From NCBI GenBank assembly GCA_028687935.1, contig JAQTZE010000004.1, positions 3,875 to 67,874 on the forward strand: a stretch of DNA of 64,000 nucleotides, in the 5' to 3' direction. Under the pieces are notes generated by a model. It saw only the letters and a program-made list of their open reading frames with translations. It was not told where the DNA came from and did no database searches. Source of the stretch: Sulfurimonas sp. GTDB lineage: Bacteria > Campylobacterota > Campylobacteria > Campylobacterales > Sulfurimonadaceae. This document shows, piece by piece, positions 49,960-60,089 of this stretch; positions within the stretch are counted from its first letter, which is position 1, and the number at the start of each line of letters is the position of its first letter. A program made the position numbers and the translations under genes.

Positions 49960-50822
49960 TGTTAAGTTCTCCTCTGTCTAAACTTGTTTTAGATGGGAGA
50001 GAGTTCTTCGTCAAAAGAGACGATTTTATTGATCCTTTTTTGGCAGGAAACAAATATAGAAAACTCTACACACTTCTCCAAACCCCCAAAGAAAACTACA
50101 AAACAATCATCTCCTACGGTGGAACGCAGTCAAACGCAATGCTTGCAATAGCTGCTATGTGCAAACAAAAAGGGTGGCATTTTTACTACTATACAAAAGC
50201 GCTCAGTCAGAGACAAAAAACGCAAGCTGAGGGAAATTATTTCCATGCACTCTCTCTTGGGATGCAACATAAAGAGCTTGATACTATACATTATAGAGAT
50301 TTTGTTGCTTCACTGCGTTTGAATCTTGATGAGAAGAGTTATATTATAGATCAAGGTGGCGCTGATAAATCTGTGCGTGAAGGGATGGAAGTTTTAGCGA
50401 GCGAGATACGAGCAGCAAAGCTCGAGATAGATGCGATAGCAACACCTTCTGGAACGGGTACTTCTGCTTTGTATCTTGCTCTGGCTCTGCCTGAATATAG
50501 AGTCTATACGACACCTTGCGTGGGTGATAGTGATTATCTCAAAGAACAGATGTCGGCACTCGAACTTATTCCCAATAATCTCATTATTTTAGAACCGAAG
50601 AAGAAATTTCATTTCGCGAAACCCTACCCAGAGTTTTTAGAAATATATAAAAGGCTCTTAAACGCAGGTGTTGCGTTTGATCTTTTATATGCGCCATCAT
50701 TGTGGCTAGCTTTACTTGACCAAACGCAGGAGAAGATTTTGTATGTTCACAGCGGTGGCGTGAGCGGCAATGAAAGTATGCTCAAGCGCTATGAGAAAAA
50801 AGGATTACTTTTTAACGAGTAA
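49959..50822 (+). CDS. ACC deaminase / D-cysteine desulfhydrase family PLP enzyme
   Basis: 287 aa with a GTG start. PLP-lysine motif GNKYRKL. Confidence 0.65.
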   Translation: MLSSPLSKLVLDGREFFVKRDDFIDPFLAGNKYRKLYTLLQTPKENYKTIISYGGTQSNAMLAIAAMCKQKGWHFYYYTKALSQRQKTQAEGNYFHALSLGMQHKELDTIHYRDFVASLRLNLDEKSYIIDQGGADKSVREGMEVLASEIRAAKLEIDAIATPSGTGTSALYLALALPEYRVYTTPCVGDSDYLKEQMSALELIPNNLIILEPKKKFHFAKPYPEFLEIYKRLLNAGVAFDLLYAPSLWLALLDQTQEKILYVHSGGVSGNESMLKRYEKKGLLFNE

Positions 50823-50862
50823 TAAGCGCAGCAAGAAGGATGTATTCTTTTCACGGATTAAT
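50823..50862 (+). repeat. 40-nt direct repeat, copy 1
   Basis: taagcgcagcaagaaggatgtattcttttcacggattaat. It is 34/40 identical to copy 2, which lies 80 nt downstream. Confidence 0.8.
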
Positions 50863-50902
50863 CGAACAAGACAGAGTCTTCTCTTTAGTGGCCACAGCGG
50901 CC

Positions 50903-50942
50903 TAAGCGCAGTAAGAGGGACGTGTTCCTTTCACGGACTAAT
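50903..50942 (+). repeat. 40-nt direct repeat, copy 2
   Basis: taagcgcagtaagagggacgtgttcctttcacggactaat. It overlaps the stop codon of the nitroreductase gene. Confidence 0.8.
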
Positions 50943-51618
50943 TAATGAATACAACCGACTCTTCAAGTGCTACGCGTTTTGGCTGGTAGCTGTTTATTTT
51001 GGCATCTGTATCGGCATATCCAAGAACAACACTATAGAGTAGTGCGAGATTTTCGGGAAGATCTAAAACTTCCGCAACAACTCTTCCAAACTCTGTAGTT
51101 GAACCTTGCGGACAGCTATCTACTCCAAATTCTTGCGCAGCTAACATAAGTGTTTGCATATAAGCACCACAATCTATAAGTGCTCCAGCAGCGCCGTCGA
51201 TATTGTTTTTATCTGTACAGACGAAGACAACATTTTGTGCGCCAAACCAGCGAAAGTTGTCATGCCACATCTTTGTTCGTGTCTGGGTGTCTTTTCTATC
51301 AACTTCCATAAGATTATAAAGGCCGACTCCTGTTTCTATTCTTCTTTTTTTATACGGATTGCTCCATTTTACAGGATAATACTGGATAAATTGATCATGT
51401 TCCACGCCGCTGCTCATTTTTTCTATAATGGCATCTCCGATGTTTTGAAGCAGTGTTTGATTACTTATTGCATAGACAACCCAAGGCTGCATATTTGCAC
51501 CACTTGGTGTCTGTGCTGCCGCTTGGAGGATACTTTCTAAGACATCCTGAGGGAGAGTTTTTGGTAAAAAAGCTCTCTTTGATGAGCGGTTGTTGATAGC
51601 TTCTAGTATTGTTGGCAT
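50938..51618 (-). CDS. Nitroreductase family protein
   Basis: 226 aa. Motif NRSSKRAF......L..IL.AA..TPSGANMQPW. Confidence 0.85.
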   Translation of the reverse strand: MPTILEAINNRSSKRAFLPKTLPQDVLESILQAAAQTPSGANMQPWVVYAISNQTLLQNIGDAIIEKMSSGVEHDQFIQYYPVKWSNPYKKRRIETGVGLYNLMEVDRKDTQTRTKMWHDNFRWFGAQNVVFVCTDKNNIDGAAGALIDCGAYMQTLMLAAQEFGVDSCPQGSTTEFGRVVAEVLDLPENLALLYSVVLGYADTDAKINSYQPKRVALEESVVFIN

Positions 51619-51714
51619 ACAAATCCTTCATAAATTATCAAATAGAGTTGTATTATAGGCAAAGTTTCATAAAAAGCACATCTGCGTTTAACCTTAGTCA
51701 TTTTAGTAAACTAA

Positions 51715-51745
51715 CTTGACATCAAGTCACTCAAAGTGCTATAAT
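51715..51745 (+). promoter_or_regulatory. Consensus sigma-70-type promoter of clpB overlapped by a HAIR-like (HspR) inverted repeat
   Basis: TTGACA (51716-51721), an 18-nt spacer, then TATAAT (51740-51745). CTTGACA-N7-ACTCAAA (51715-51735) compares with the HAIR consensus CTTGAGT-N7-ACTCAAG. Confidence 0.5.
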
Positions 51746-51772
51746 TTTTTTATACTAAAAAAGGAATAAATA

Positions 51773-54349
51773 ATGAAAAATATTTTTGAAAAACTCACAC
51801 ATAATATGAATGAAGCGATTGAATCATCAATCTCTCTCGCCCTACACAATAAAAATCAAGAAGTAGAGCCTTTACACTTTTTGTGGGCACTTTTGGCAAA
51901 TTCTAACTCAGTACTCAACCAGATGTTTAACAAAATGAGCATCGATAAAGTGGCTATGGAGTTAGATGTAAAAAGTATGGCTGAAAAGTTAGTCAAATCA
52001 TCCACTGTTTCCAAAGAGAATATTAAACTCTCTCGTAATTTTGCAACATCACTTGAGGGTGCGGCAGGGCTCATGACGAATAATGGAGATGCATATCTTG
52101 CAGTCGATACCTATATCTTGGCAAACCTCAAAACAGAGCCATTTAGCACAATACTCTCAAAATATATAGATGTCTCAGAGCTGAAGAAAAATCTTGAAGC
52201 TGCTCGCGGAGGCTCAAAGATAGATTCACAAAGTTCTGATGAGACTTTGGAGAGCCTTAAAAAATATGGGATAGATCTTACAGCTCAAGCAGCAGAAGGG
52301 AAGCTTTCTCCTGTGATAGGACGTGATGAAGAGATAACGCGAACGATGCAGATACTTATACGCAAAACAAAAAACAATCCTATGCTTTTAGGTGAACCTG
52401 GTGTTGGTAAAACAGCTCTTGTTGAAGGCCTCGCACAACGCATTCAAAGCGGAGATGTCCCAACTTCATTGAAAAATAAAAAAGTTATCGCACTTGATAT
52501 GAGTGCACTTATCGCGGGTGCAAAATATAGAGGAGAGTTTGAGGATAGACTCAAAGCTGTAATTGATGAGGTCAAAGCAAGTGGTAATATCATCCTCTTT
52601 ATTGATGAGATACATACAATTGTCGGAGCGGGTGCGAGTGAAGGAAGTATGGATGCGGCAAATATCCTCAAGCCAGCCCTTGCACGTGGAGAACTTCATA
52701 CGATTGGAGCTACGACACTCAAAGAGTATAGAAAGTATTTTGAAAAAGATGCGGCGCTTCAGAGAAGATTTTTGCCGATAAACCTTGATGAACCGACGGT
52801 CAATCAATCTCTGCAGATATTGCGTGGGATAAAAGAGCGCCTTGAGACGCACCATAATGTGACTATCACAGATAGTGCACTTGTGGCGGCTGCAAAGCTC
52901 TCAGATCGCTATATAGCCGATAGATTTTTGCCTGATAAAGCGATCGATCTTATTGATGAGGCGGCGGCTGAACTAAAAATGCAGATAGAATCCGAGCCGA
53001 AAATACTGAGCGTGGCAAAGAGAAAAAGTTCTGAGCTGCAAGTAGAACGTGAAGCACTTAAGATGGAAAAAACGCCTGCAAATGACAAACGACTTCCTGA
53101 AATAGATAAAGAACTCGCAGATGTCGAAGAAGAAGTGAGAAGCCTCAGTGCGCAGTTTAGCAATGAAAAAGAGGTGTTTGGACGTATTGCAAGTATCAAA
53201 AATGAGATAGAACAAAAACGCCGTGAAGCCAATACGGCAAAAAGTACATCAGACTTTAACCGTGCAGCTGAGATAGAGTATGGTGAGATTCCGGCACTGC
53301 TTCAAGAAGAGAAAAAGATAAATGAAAACTGGGAACAACTACAAAAAGAGGGCACGCTACTTAAAAATTCTGTAGATGAGGATGCGATAGCGAGTATTGT
53401 TTCTCGTTGGACGCAGATACCAGTTTCAAAAATGTTGCAGTCTGAACAGACGAAAATACTGCACGTTGAAGAGGAACTCAATAAAGATGTTATCGGACAG
53501 CAAAAAGCGACACATGCGGTCGCGCGTGCTATAAAACGCAACAAAGCAGGGCTTTCAAATACAAATGCACCGATAGGAAGTTTTCTTTTCCTTGGACCAA
53601 CAGGTGTAGGAAAAACGCAGACAGCGAAAACACTTGCGAAGTTTCTCTTTGACAGTGAAGATGCGATGATTCGTATCGACATGAGCGAGTATATGGAAAA
53701 ACACGCAGTCTCGCGTTTAGTCGGTGCAGCTCCTGGGTATGTGGGTTATGAAGAGGGTGGACAGTTGACAGAGGCTGTGAGAAGAAAACCATATAGCGTT
53801 ATACTTTTTGATGAGGTAGAAAAAGCACACCCAGATGTTTTTAATATGCTCTTGCAGGTGCTTGATGATGGACGCTTGACGGATAATAAGGGGGTGACTG
53901 TTGATTTTACAAACACAATTATCATCCTCACATCCAATATTGCGAGCGATAAAATCATCAATAATCCTAAAACTGCTGAGCTTGATGCGATGGTCATGGC
54001 AGAGCTAAAGCTTGCGTTTAAGCCGGAATTTTTGAACCGTCTGGATGATATCGTTATCTTCAACGCTCTTGGTCAAGAGCAGATAACAGGTATCGTAGAT
54101 ATCTTCTTCGCAGATATCGCCAAAAAAGTCCAACAGCGTGACATAGAGCTTACACTAAGCCCTGAAGCAAAGGCATATGTAGCAGAAGCTGGTTTTGATC
54201 CTGTATACGGGGCAAGACCACTCAAACGTGCACTCTATGAAATCGTTGAAGACCGCCTTGCGGATTTAATCTTAGAAGGTATTGTTACTGAAGGAAGTAA
54301 GGTTGCGTTTATACTTAAAAATGGAGAGATAGAAGCAGTTGTATCGTAA
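51773..54349 (+). CDS. clpB: ATP-dependent chaperone ClpB
   Basis: 858 aa. Two AAA modules ([16 protein letters not shown]) and a coiled-coil M-domain. Confidence 0.97.
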   Translation: MKNIFEKLTHNMNEAIESSISLALHNKNQEVEPLHFLWALLANSNSVLNQMFNKMSIDKVAMELDVKSMAEKLVKSSTVSKENIKLSRNFATSLEGAAGLMTNNGDAYLAVDTYILANLKTEPFSTILSKYIDVSELKKNLEAARGGSKIDSQSSDETLESLKKYGIDLTAQAAEGKLSPVIGRDEEITRTMQILIRKTKNNPMLLGEPGVGKTALVEGLAQRIQSGDVPTSLKNKKVIALDMSALIAGAKYRGEFEDRLKAVIDEVKASGNIILFIDEIHTIVGAGASEGSMDAANILKPALARGELHTIGATTLKEYRKYFEKDAALQRRFLPINLDEPTVNQSLQILRGIKERLETHHNVTITDSALVAAAKLSDRYIADRFLPDKAIDLIDEAAAELKMQIESEPKILSVAKRKSSELQVEREALKMEKTPANDKRLPEIDKELADVEEEVRSLSAQFSNEKEVFGRIASIKNEIEQKRREANTAKSTSDFNRAAEIEYGEIPALLQEEKKINENWEQLQKEGTLLKNSVDEDAIASIVSRWTQIPVSKMLQSEQTKILHVEEELNKDVIGQQKATHAVARAIKRNKAGLSNTNAPIGSFLFLGPTGVGKTQTAKTLAKFLFDSEDAMIRIDMSEYMEKHAVSRLVGAAPGYVGYEEGGQLTEAVRRKPYSVILFDEVEKAHPDVFNMLLQVLDDGRLTDNKGVTVDFTNTIIILTSNIASDKIINNPKTAELDAMVMAELKLAFKPEFLNRLDDIVIFNALGQEQITGIVDIFFADIAKKVQQRDIELTLSPEAKAYVAEAGFDPVYGARPLKRALYEIVEDRLADLILEGIVTEGSKVAFILKNGEIEAVVS

Positions 54350-54374
54350 ATAAAAGAGAAGCTATAATTTCATC

Positions 54375-54728
54375 ATGAAATACTTATTGATACTTTTATT
54401 TTTTACCTATAAACTCTTCGCTTGCAGTGGCGACTGCATGAGTTGCCATCCAAAACTCATGGAAAAGATAGATACAGATGAGCGTCACAAACCGATGCTC
54501 ACTTGTGTCAAATGCCACTCACCCAACCCTGAGAAGATGGCACAATGCGGGAATGACTGCTTTGCTTGCCATTCAATGGTCAAGATTTATGAAGCTGATG
54601 TGGAGGAGCATGATGTCATCCAAGGGTGTAGAGATTGTCACGTCGGACAAGTAGAGAAGATGTTTGATGCAACAAAATCCTTCAACCAGTCTAGTCCTGA
54701 TTCACTCAAAGATTTTCTGATACATTAA
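54375..54728 (+). CDS. Small tetraheme c-type cytochrome, probable lipoprotein
   Basis: 117 aa. Four CxxCH motifs (CMSCH, CVKCH, CFACH, CRDCH) and a signal peptide with an LFAC lipobox. Confidence 0.8.
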   Translation: MKYLLILLFFTYKLFACSGDCMSCHPKLMEKIDTDERHKPMLTCVKCHSPNPEKMAQCGNDCFACHSMVKIYEADVEEHDVIQGCRDCHVGQVEKMFDATKSFNQSSPDSLKDFLIH

Positions 54729-54816
54729 AGTCGCTTACTCTTATTTATAACCTTAATCACAGTTTAAGTAACTTTTTTGTACCATTGCGCTCTTAAAAAC
54801 TATATAAGGATATGTC

Positions 54817-54951
54817 ATGAAAAGAACATACCAGCCTCATAATACACCGAGAAAAAGAACTCACGGTTTCAGATCTCGTATGGCTACAAAAAATGGTCGT
54901 CGTGTGTTAAATCGTCGTCGTGCCAAAGGTCGTAAAAGATTGGCAGTTTAG
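54817..54951 (+). CDS. rpmH: 50S ribosomal protein L34
   Basis: Not in the ORF track because it is under 60 aa. Translates to [44 protein letters not shown]. Confidence 0.95.
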   Translation: MKRTYQPHNTPRKRTHGFRSRMATKNGRRVLNRRRAKGRKRLAV

Positions 54952-55289
54952 GCGGATTTTATACGCTGAAGCTTCATAAAGAGTTTCAGTCTGTATATAA
55001 AAAGGGAAAAAACCAGCACTCATCCAATGTTGTTCTCTTTTTTCTTCCTCAAAACGGAATACGCAAAGTTGGATTTACAGCTACCAAGAAGATTGGCAAT
55101 GCTGTAAAACGTAACCGAGCGAAAAGAAGGCTCCGCGCTCTCTTTTGTCAATATTCCGACACACTCATAGATGGAACATATATATTTGTTGCAAAACAAT
55201 CTATTGTTGAATCATCTTTTGAGCACATACATCTTGACTTCAAAAAAATCCTATCCAAAGCAAATGCATTCAAGGATACCCTTCTATGA
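54939..55289 (+). CDS. rnpA: RNase P protein component; start codon uncertain and non-canonical
   Basis: The frame is open over 54936-55289 and encodes ...[15 protein letters not shown]...[20 protein letters not shown]..., including the RNR motif. There is no in-frame ATG, GTG or TTG. Candidate starts are ATT at 54939 or CTG at 54966. The stop overlaps the yidD ATG. Confidence 0.75.
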   Translation: MGSLGGFYTLKLHKEFQSVYKKGKNQHSSNVVLFFLPQNGIRKVGFTATKKIGNAVKRNRAKRRLRALFCQYSDTLIDGTYIFVAKQSIVESSFEHIHLDFKKILSKANAFKDTLL

Positions 55290-55612
55290 TCAAAACATTT
55301 TTGCTTAAGCTCTTATGGCTTTATCAGAAATTTTTCACGCTTATAGGTTTTGGAAGTTGCAGATACTATCCCTCGTGTAGCGAATATGCACGTCTTCATT
55401 TCGAAAATAATTCAATTTCAAGTGCTTTTTACCACTCTTTAACTAGAATACTCCGTTGTAATCAATTATTCGACGGCGGTATAGAATATCCACTCTTGGA
55501 TAAACTCACTCCAAAGCCCAAAAAACTTGTTGTTGATTCTATAAAATATTGGTTGGTCCCAAATAAAAAAGGCCGTTTTTACATTATAAAAAATTTTTCA
55601 TATAAAGGGTAA
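55286..55612 (+). CDS. yidD: Membrane protein insertion efficiency factor YidD
   Basis: Contains the CRYYPSCSEYA motif. 108 aa, longer than typical YidD. Confidence 0.85.
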   Translation: MIKTFLLKLLWLYQKFFTLIGFGSCRYYPSCSEYARLHFENNSISSAFYHSLTRILRCNQLFDGGIEYPLLDKLTPKPKKLVVDSIKYWLVPNKKGRFYIIKNFSYKG

Positions 55613-55615
55613 TTT

Positions 55616-57229
55616 GTGCTAGACAAAATGACACCAAATCAGAGATTAATAGTTGCAGTACTATTGTCAGTAATTTTTTTCGTGGCCTATACGGCAATTT
55701 TTCCACCAAAACAAGAAGAAGTACTTGATGCAAACAAAAGCAAAAGTATAACACTCAAAGATACTTCAGAGCAAAACGCAGCTGCAGTAGTGCAGGCGCA
55801 AGCAGGTCATGAAATTTCTGCACAAGATAAAATGGCACAAAGTGCTTCAAGTAATATCGTAACAGTGACAAATGAGAAGTTTATTCTCAAAATAGATACA
55901 CTTGGACGTATCTCTTCAAAAGAGTTACGTCAGGCAAAATTTAGAGATAAAGACAATAAGCATGCAGAGCTTATTCCGACGCTTGGAACAAAACCTCTTT
56001 ATGTAAGATTTTTGGACGAAGAACTGAACAAAGAAGCGGCTACAGTCGCATATACGGCAAATGTACAAGCTATCAACCTTGCAGGAGAGGCTCAGAAAGT
56101 AACACTGACGCAAACACTCTCTTCTCTAACAGTAACAAAAGAGCTGACATTTTATGCTGATGGCCACTATGATGCAACGATTAAGCTCTCTAAAGATGCA
56201 AGATATTTCGTCTATCTAGGACAGCGTCCAGAGATAACTGAACAGATGATGACAGTTACGGGTGCTATGGTCTATACGGATGATGAGTTAGTAAATATCA
56301 TAGAAGATGGAGATGCAGAAGGACGTAAAACTTTCAGCGGCGTAGCACTTATATCTGCGTTTGATCAGTATTTTGCTTCTATCATGTATGGCTTTGCAAA
56401 AGAGACAAATGTCATGGTTGAAAAAGATAAAAATGACAATCCAGTTGTCTATTTTGAAGGGCTTTCAACAATGAGCTTTAATGGTTATGTTGGAGATAAA
56501 GATTTTAAAACGCTTCAAGCTATTAACCCAGTACTCACAAACGCAATAGAGTATGGCTGGTTTACTTTTGCTGCGAAACCTCTTTTTGCACTTCTTTTAT
56601 GGTTACATGGGATTTTTGGAAACTGGGGTTGGGCGATTATCGGACTTACTCTGATTATCAGAATGGTTCTTTACCCTTTGACATACAAAGGTATGGTCTC
56701 TATGCAAAAGATCAAAGAGATTGCACCGAGAATCAAAGAGGTTCAGGCAAAATATAAAGGCGATCCGCAACGTATGAACGCAGCGGTTATGGATATGTAC
56801 AAAAAACACGGCGCAAACCCACTTGGTGGTTGTCTGCCGATGCTTCTACAGATTCCTGTTTTCTTTGCAATTTATCGTGTTTTATTAAACGCAGTAGAAC
56901 TTCAAGGTGCACCATGGGCTCTATGGATCACAGACCTTTCTCGTATGGATACATACTATATCTTGCCAATTTTAATGGGTGCTTCTATGTACTACCAACA
57001 AAAATTGACGCCAAACAATTTTACAGATCCTATGCAGGAAAAAGTATTTAAATTTTTACCAATTATCTTTACATTTTTCTTTATAACATTCCCATCAGGT
57101 CTAGTCCTTTACTGGATAGTGAATAACCTCTTCTCTATCGCGCAACAGTTTGTAGTAAACCAACAGTTTAAAAACGCTAAAGACGCAAGGGAAGCTATCG
57201 CAAAAGGTGCGGAGAAACACAATGATTAA
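55616..57229 (+). CDS. yidC: Membrane protein insertase YidC
   Basis: 537 aa with a GTG start. Periplasmic P1 domain followed by a conserved 5-TM core. Confidence 0.95.
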   Translation: MLDKMTPNQRLIVAVLLSVIFFVAYTAIFPPKQEEVLDANKSKSITLKDTSEQNAAAVVQAQAGHEISAQDKMAQSASSNIVTVTNEKFILKIDTLGRISSKELRQAKFRDKDNKHAELIPTLGTKPLYVRFLDEELNKEAATVAYTANVQAINLAGEAQKVTLTQTLSSLTVTKELTFYADGHYDATIKLSKDARYFVYLGQRPEITEQMMTVTGAMVYTDDELVNIIEDGDAEGRKTFSGVALISAFDQYFASIMYGFAKETNVMVEKDKNDNPVVYFEGLSTMSFNGYVGDKDFKTLQAINPVLTNAIEYGWFTFAAKPLFALLLWLHGIFGNWGWAIIGLTLIIRMVLYPLTYKGMVSMQKIKEIAPRIKEVQAKYKGDPQRMNAAVMDMYKKHGANPLGGCLPMLLQIPVFFAIYRVLLNAVELQGAPWALWITDLSRMDTYYILPILMGASMYYQQKLTPNNFTDPMQEKVFKFLPIIFTFFFITFPSGLVLYWIVNNLFSIAQQFVVNQQFKNAKDAREAIAKGAEKHND

Positions 57230-58199
57230 GATTGAAGCATCAACACTCGAAGAGGCATTTAAAAACGCAGCCTCTACGCTCGAGTGTTCTGTTACTGAAC
57301 TCAAAGTAGAAGTTGTTCAGTATCCTAGTAAGGGAATGTTTGGACTTTTCAAAAAAAACGCAGTTATTGTTGCGACAACTACAAGTAAGCAACCAAGAGA
57401 AGAAGAGGTAAAGCCTCAGATCATTAAAAAAGAAATCAAACGAGAAGAAAAACAAGAAGATAAAAAAGAAAAACCACAACAAACGCAAGCTTTAGTAGAA
57501 AAAAAAGTAGAAGTTAAAAAAGAAAAGATACAAAATACTCCAAAACCTTCCCCAGAAAAAATAGTTAAACCGGCAAGAACAAATATTTCTAAATCACATA
57601 ACATTATTAATGATACGATCATGCCAGCTTCATTTGTAAGTGATCAAGATGATTATGAAGATGATTTTGAAGGTATCCATTATACTGCTGATTATGATGA
57701 TGTTTATGATAATAATGATGATGAGATCCATGTCGATATGCATGAGATAGCAAAGAATGTTGCTAAAGATATCAATAAACTTTTTGATCTTGCATGTTTT
57801 AATATTGATAAAATCGATGTAAGTGCATATGATGAAAATACGCTTTTAGTCGAATTTAGAGGCGAAGATGCAGCACTTTTAATTGGCAAAGAGGGATATA
57901 GATATAAAGCACTCTCTTATATGATTTTTAACTGGATAAACGCCAAGTATCAAGTACAGTTGCGTTTGGAAATAGCAGAATTTTTGAAAAATCAAGAAGA
58001 GTCTATTACTCGTTATCTTGTCAATGTTTGTGAGATCATCGACAAAGATGGACGCGCACAGACAAAGATCCTCGATGGCGTTTTGATCCAGATCGCACTT
58101 CGAGAACTTAGAGAGCGATACCCTGAGAAGTATGTCGTTATCCGCTCAACACGCGATGGCCTTAAATATATTATCGTCAATGACTACCATACAAACTGA
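57222..58199 (+). CDS. Jag/KhpB-like RNA-binding protein
   Basis: Start at MIKIEASTLEEAF (57222). Jag_N-like N-terminus, a long Lys/Glu-rich linker and a KH-like region LLIGKEGYRYKAL. Sits in the yidC-jag-mnmE order. Confidence 0.8.
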   Translation: MIKIEASTLEEAFKNAASTLECSVTELKVEVVQYPSKGMFGLFKKNAVIVATTTSKQPREEEVKPQIIKKEIKREEKQEDKKEKPQQTQALVEKKVEVKKEKIQNTPKPSPEKIVKPARTNISKSHNIINDTIMPASFVSDQDDYEDDFEGIHYTADYDDVYDNNDDEIHVDMHEIAKNVAKDINKLFDLACFNIDKIDVSAYDENTLLVEFRGEDAALLIGKEGYRYKALSYMIFNWINAKYQVQLRLEIAEFLKNQEESITRYLVNVCEIIDKDGRAQTKILDGVLIQIALRELRERYPEKYVVIRSTRDGLKYIIVNDYHTN

Positions 58200-59529
58200 T
58201 ACAATAGCCGCCATTGCAACTGCCAATGGCATCGGCTCTATCGCCATTATCCGACTAAGTGGTTCTCAAGCACTGCAAATCGCAAAAAAACTCACTAAAA
58301 AAGATACGCTCACACCTCGCTATGCAACACTCAGCACAATTTACAATAAAGACGAAGAACTTTTAGATGAGGCTATCGTTATCTATTTTGAAGGACCGCA
58401 CTCTTTTAGCGGCGAAGATATCGTAGAGATACAGTGTCATGGTGGTTTTATCGTGGCGCAAAGTATTCTCAAAGCAACTCTTCAAGCAGGAGCAAGACTT
58501 GCAACTCCTGGAGAATTTAGTAAACGGGCATTCTTTAACGGTCGTATAGACTTGAGTGAAGCAGAAGCTATCGCACAGCTCATCGAAGCCAAAAGTGAAG
58601 ATGCGGCAAAGATACTCGCAACTCAAATGAAAGGTGCACTCAAAGGCTATATCGAAGATATCCGTGATGAGATTATTCATATTCTTGCTTACTCTGAAGT
58701 GAGCATTGACTATGCAGAAGAGGATCTTCCTGAAGATTTGGTGATGCAGATAGAAGCAAAACTTCAAGAGCTCTCTAAAAGTCTTGAAAAAACACTGCTG
58801 GCTTCACAAACAAGAGCAGGGCTCATGCAAGGTTTTCGTGTAGCTATTGTCGGTAAGCCAAATGTGGGAAAAAGTTCACTTTTAAACTCACTATTAAGTT
58901 ACAACCGTGCAATAGTGAGTGATATTGCAGGAACGACGCGCGATACGATTGAAGAACAGGTCAAAATCGGCACACACCTTATCCGTATTGTCGATACAGC
59001 AGGTATCCGTGAAGCAAGTGATGAGATAGAGCGTATCGGCATAGAACGCTCCCTTGAAGCGATCGATCAGGCAGATATCGTCATCGCACTTTTTGACGCT
59101 TCGAGAGAAAGAGACGCTGAGGACGAAAAAATCCTCTCACTCATAGGAGAACACGCAAGAGGCAAAAAGATTATTTTCATCAAAAACAAGATCGATCTTG
59201 AAGAAAAATTTGATGCCAAAGCGCTGCGTTTTGACCTAGAACTCAATACAAAAGAGAGTGTTTCATTACTCATCAAAACACTTGAAGGCATTATGGATCA
59301 GACAAATAGTTCTGATGAGATGATGCTTATTTCACAGCGTCAAATATCAGCCGTGCAAAATACCCTAAACGCGATAGAAGATGCCTACGAGCCTCTGCAT
59401 ATGCAAGAGTTGGAGATATTCTCTTTTCATCTTAATGAAGCGATAAAAGAGATGGCGAGTATAACACGTCCTTTTGAAAATGATGAGATGCTTGACAAGA
59501 TGTTTGGCTCTTTTTGTTTGGGTAAATAG
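58180..59529 (+). CDS. mnmE: tRNA modification GTPase MnmE
   Basis: Start at MTTIQTDTIAAIAT (58180). G domain with GKPNVGKSSLLN and DTAGIR, and the C-terminal FCLGK. Confidence 0.95.
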   Translation: MTTIQTDTIAAIATANGIGSIAIIRLSGSQALQIAKKLTKKDTLTPRYATLSTIYNKDEELLDEAIVIYFEGPHSFSGEDIVEIQCHGGFIVAQSILKATLQAGARLATPGEFSKRAFFNGRIDLSEAEAIAQLIEAKSEDAAKILATQMKGALKGYIEDIRDEIIHILAYSEVSIDYAEEDLPEDLVMQIEAKLQELSKSLEKTLLASQTRAGLMQGFRVAIVGKPNVGKSSLLNSLLSYNRAIVSDIAGTTRDTIEEQVKIGTHLIRIVDTAGIREASDEIERIGIERSLEAIDQADIVIALFDASRERDAEDEKILSLIGEHARGKKIIFIKNKIDLEEKFDAKALRFDLELNTKESVSLLIKTLEGIMDQTNSSDEMMLISQRQISAVQNTLNAIEDAYEPLHMQELEIFSFHLNEAIKEMASITRPFENDEMLDKMFGSFCLGK

Positions 59530-59531
59530 CG

Positions 59532-59924
59532 ATGAAATATCTTGCTATCGATCTAGGTCTCAAACGCATAGGTCTTGCCTATAGCGCGCATAAAGATATC
59601 GTTACACCACTCACAGCAATTATTCGTAAAAACAGAAATCAAGCAGCCGATGAAGTCAAAAAAGCACTCAAAGAGTGGGAAATTGAAGCTATTGTCGTTG
59701 GAATTCCACTTGGAGGAAGTTCTGAAGATGAGATGCGAAGACGCATAGAACATTTTATGAGTCTTGTAGATTTTAGCGGTGATGTTTTGTTTCAGGATGA
59801 AGCAGGAAGCTCACTTGAAGCTGAAGCGATGATGCGAGGCGAGATGAAACAGATACGCGATGGCAGAGTCGACTCTATCGCTGCTATGGTTATCTTGCAA
59901 AGATACTTAAGAACACTTAGGTAA
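59532..59924 (+). CDS. ruvX: Putative pre-16S rRNA nuclease / Holliday junction resolvase-like YqgF
   Basis: 130 aa. N-terminus LAIDLGLKRIGLA. Confidence 0.88.
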   Translation: MKYLAIDLGLKRIGLAYSAHKDIVTPLTAIIRKNRNQAADEVKKALKEWEIEAIVVGIPLGGSSEDEMRRRIEHFMSLVDFSGDVLFQDEAGSSLEAEAMMRGEMKQIRDGRVDSIAAMVILQRYLRTLR

Positions 59925-60089
59925 CTTTAGCTCTAATAGAGATTATTTCTAGTCGATAAAATAGCTGCGTTTTCACTTTAAACTTCCTCCGCTTTAAAAA
60001 TAAGAAAAAAATTTTTACAACCGAGATAAATTGTGCTAATATTTCACAACGATTAATCAGAGTGATTTGTTGAAATAAAAAGGTGTAGT

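Noticed and set aside
50823-50942. A CRISPR-like array: 40-nt repeats separated by a 40-nt spacer
   Set aside because: There are only two imperfect copies (34/40). No further repeats, leader or cas genes occur anywhere in the window. Copy 2 overlaps a gene end.
50770-51042. The 90-aa ORF from the ORF track that spans the repeat region
   Set aside because: It starts inside the ACC-deaminase-like gene, runs through the intergenic repeats, and ends antisense to the nitroreductase gene. It has no SD sequence and low-complexity content.
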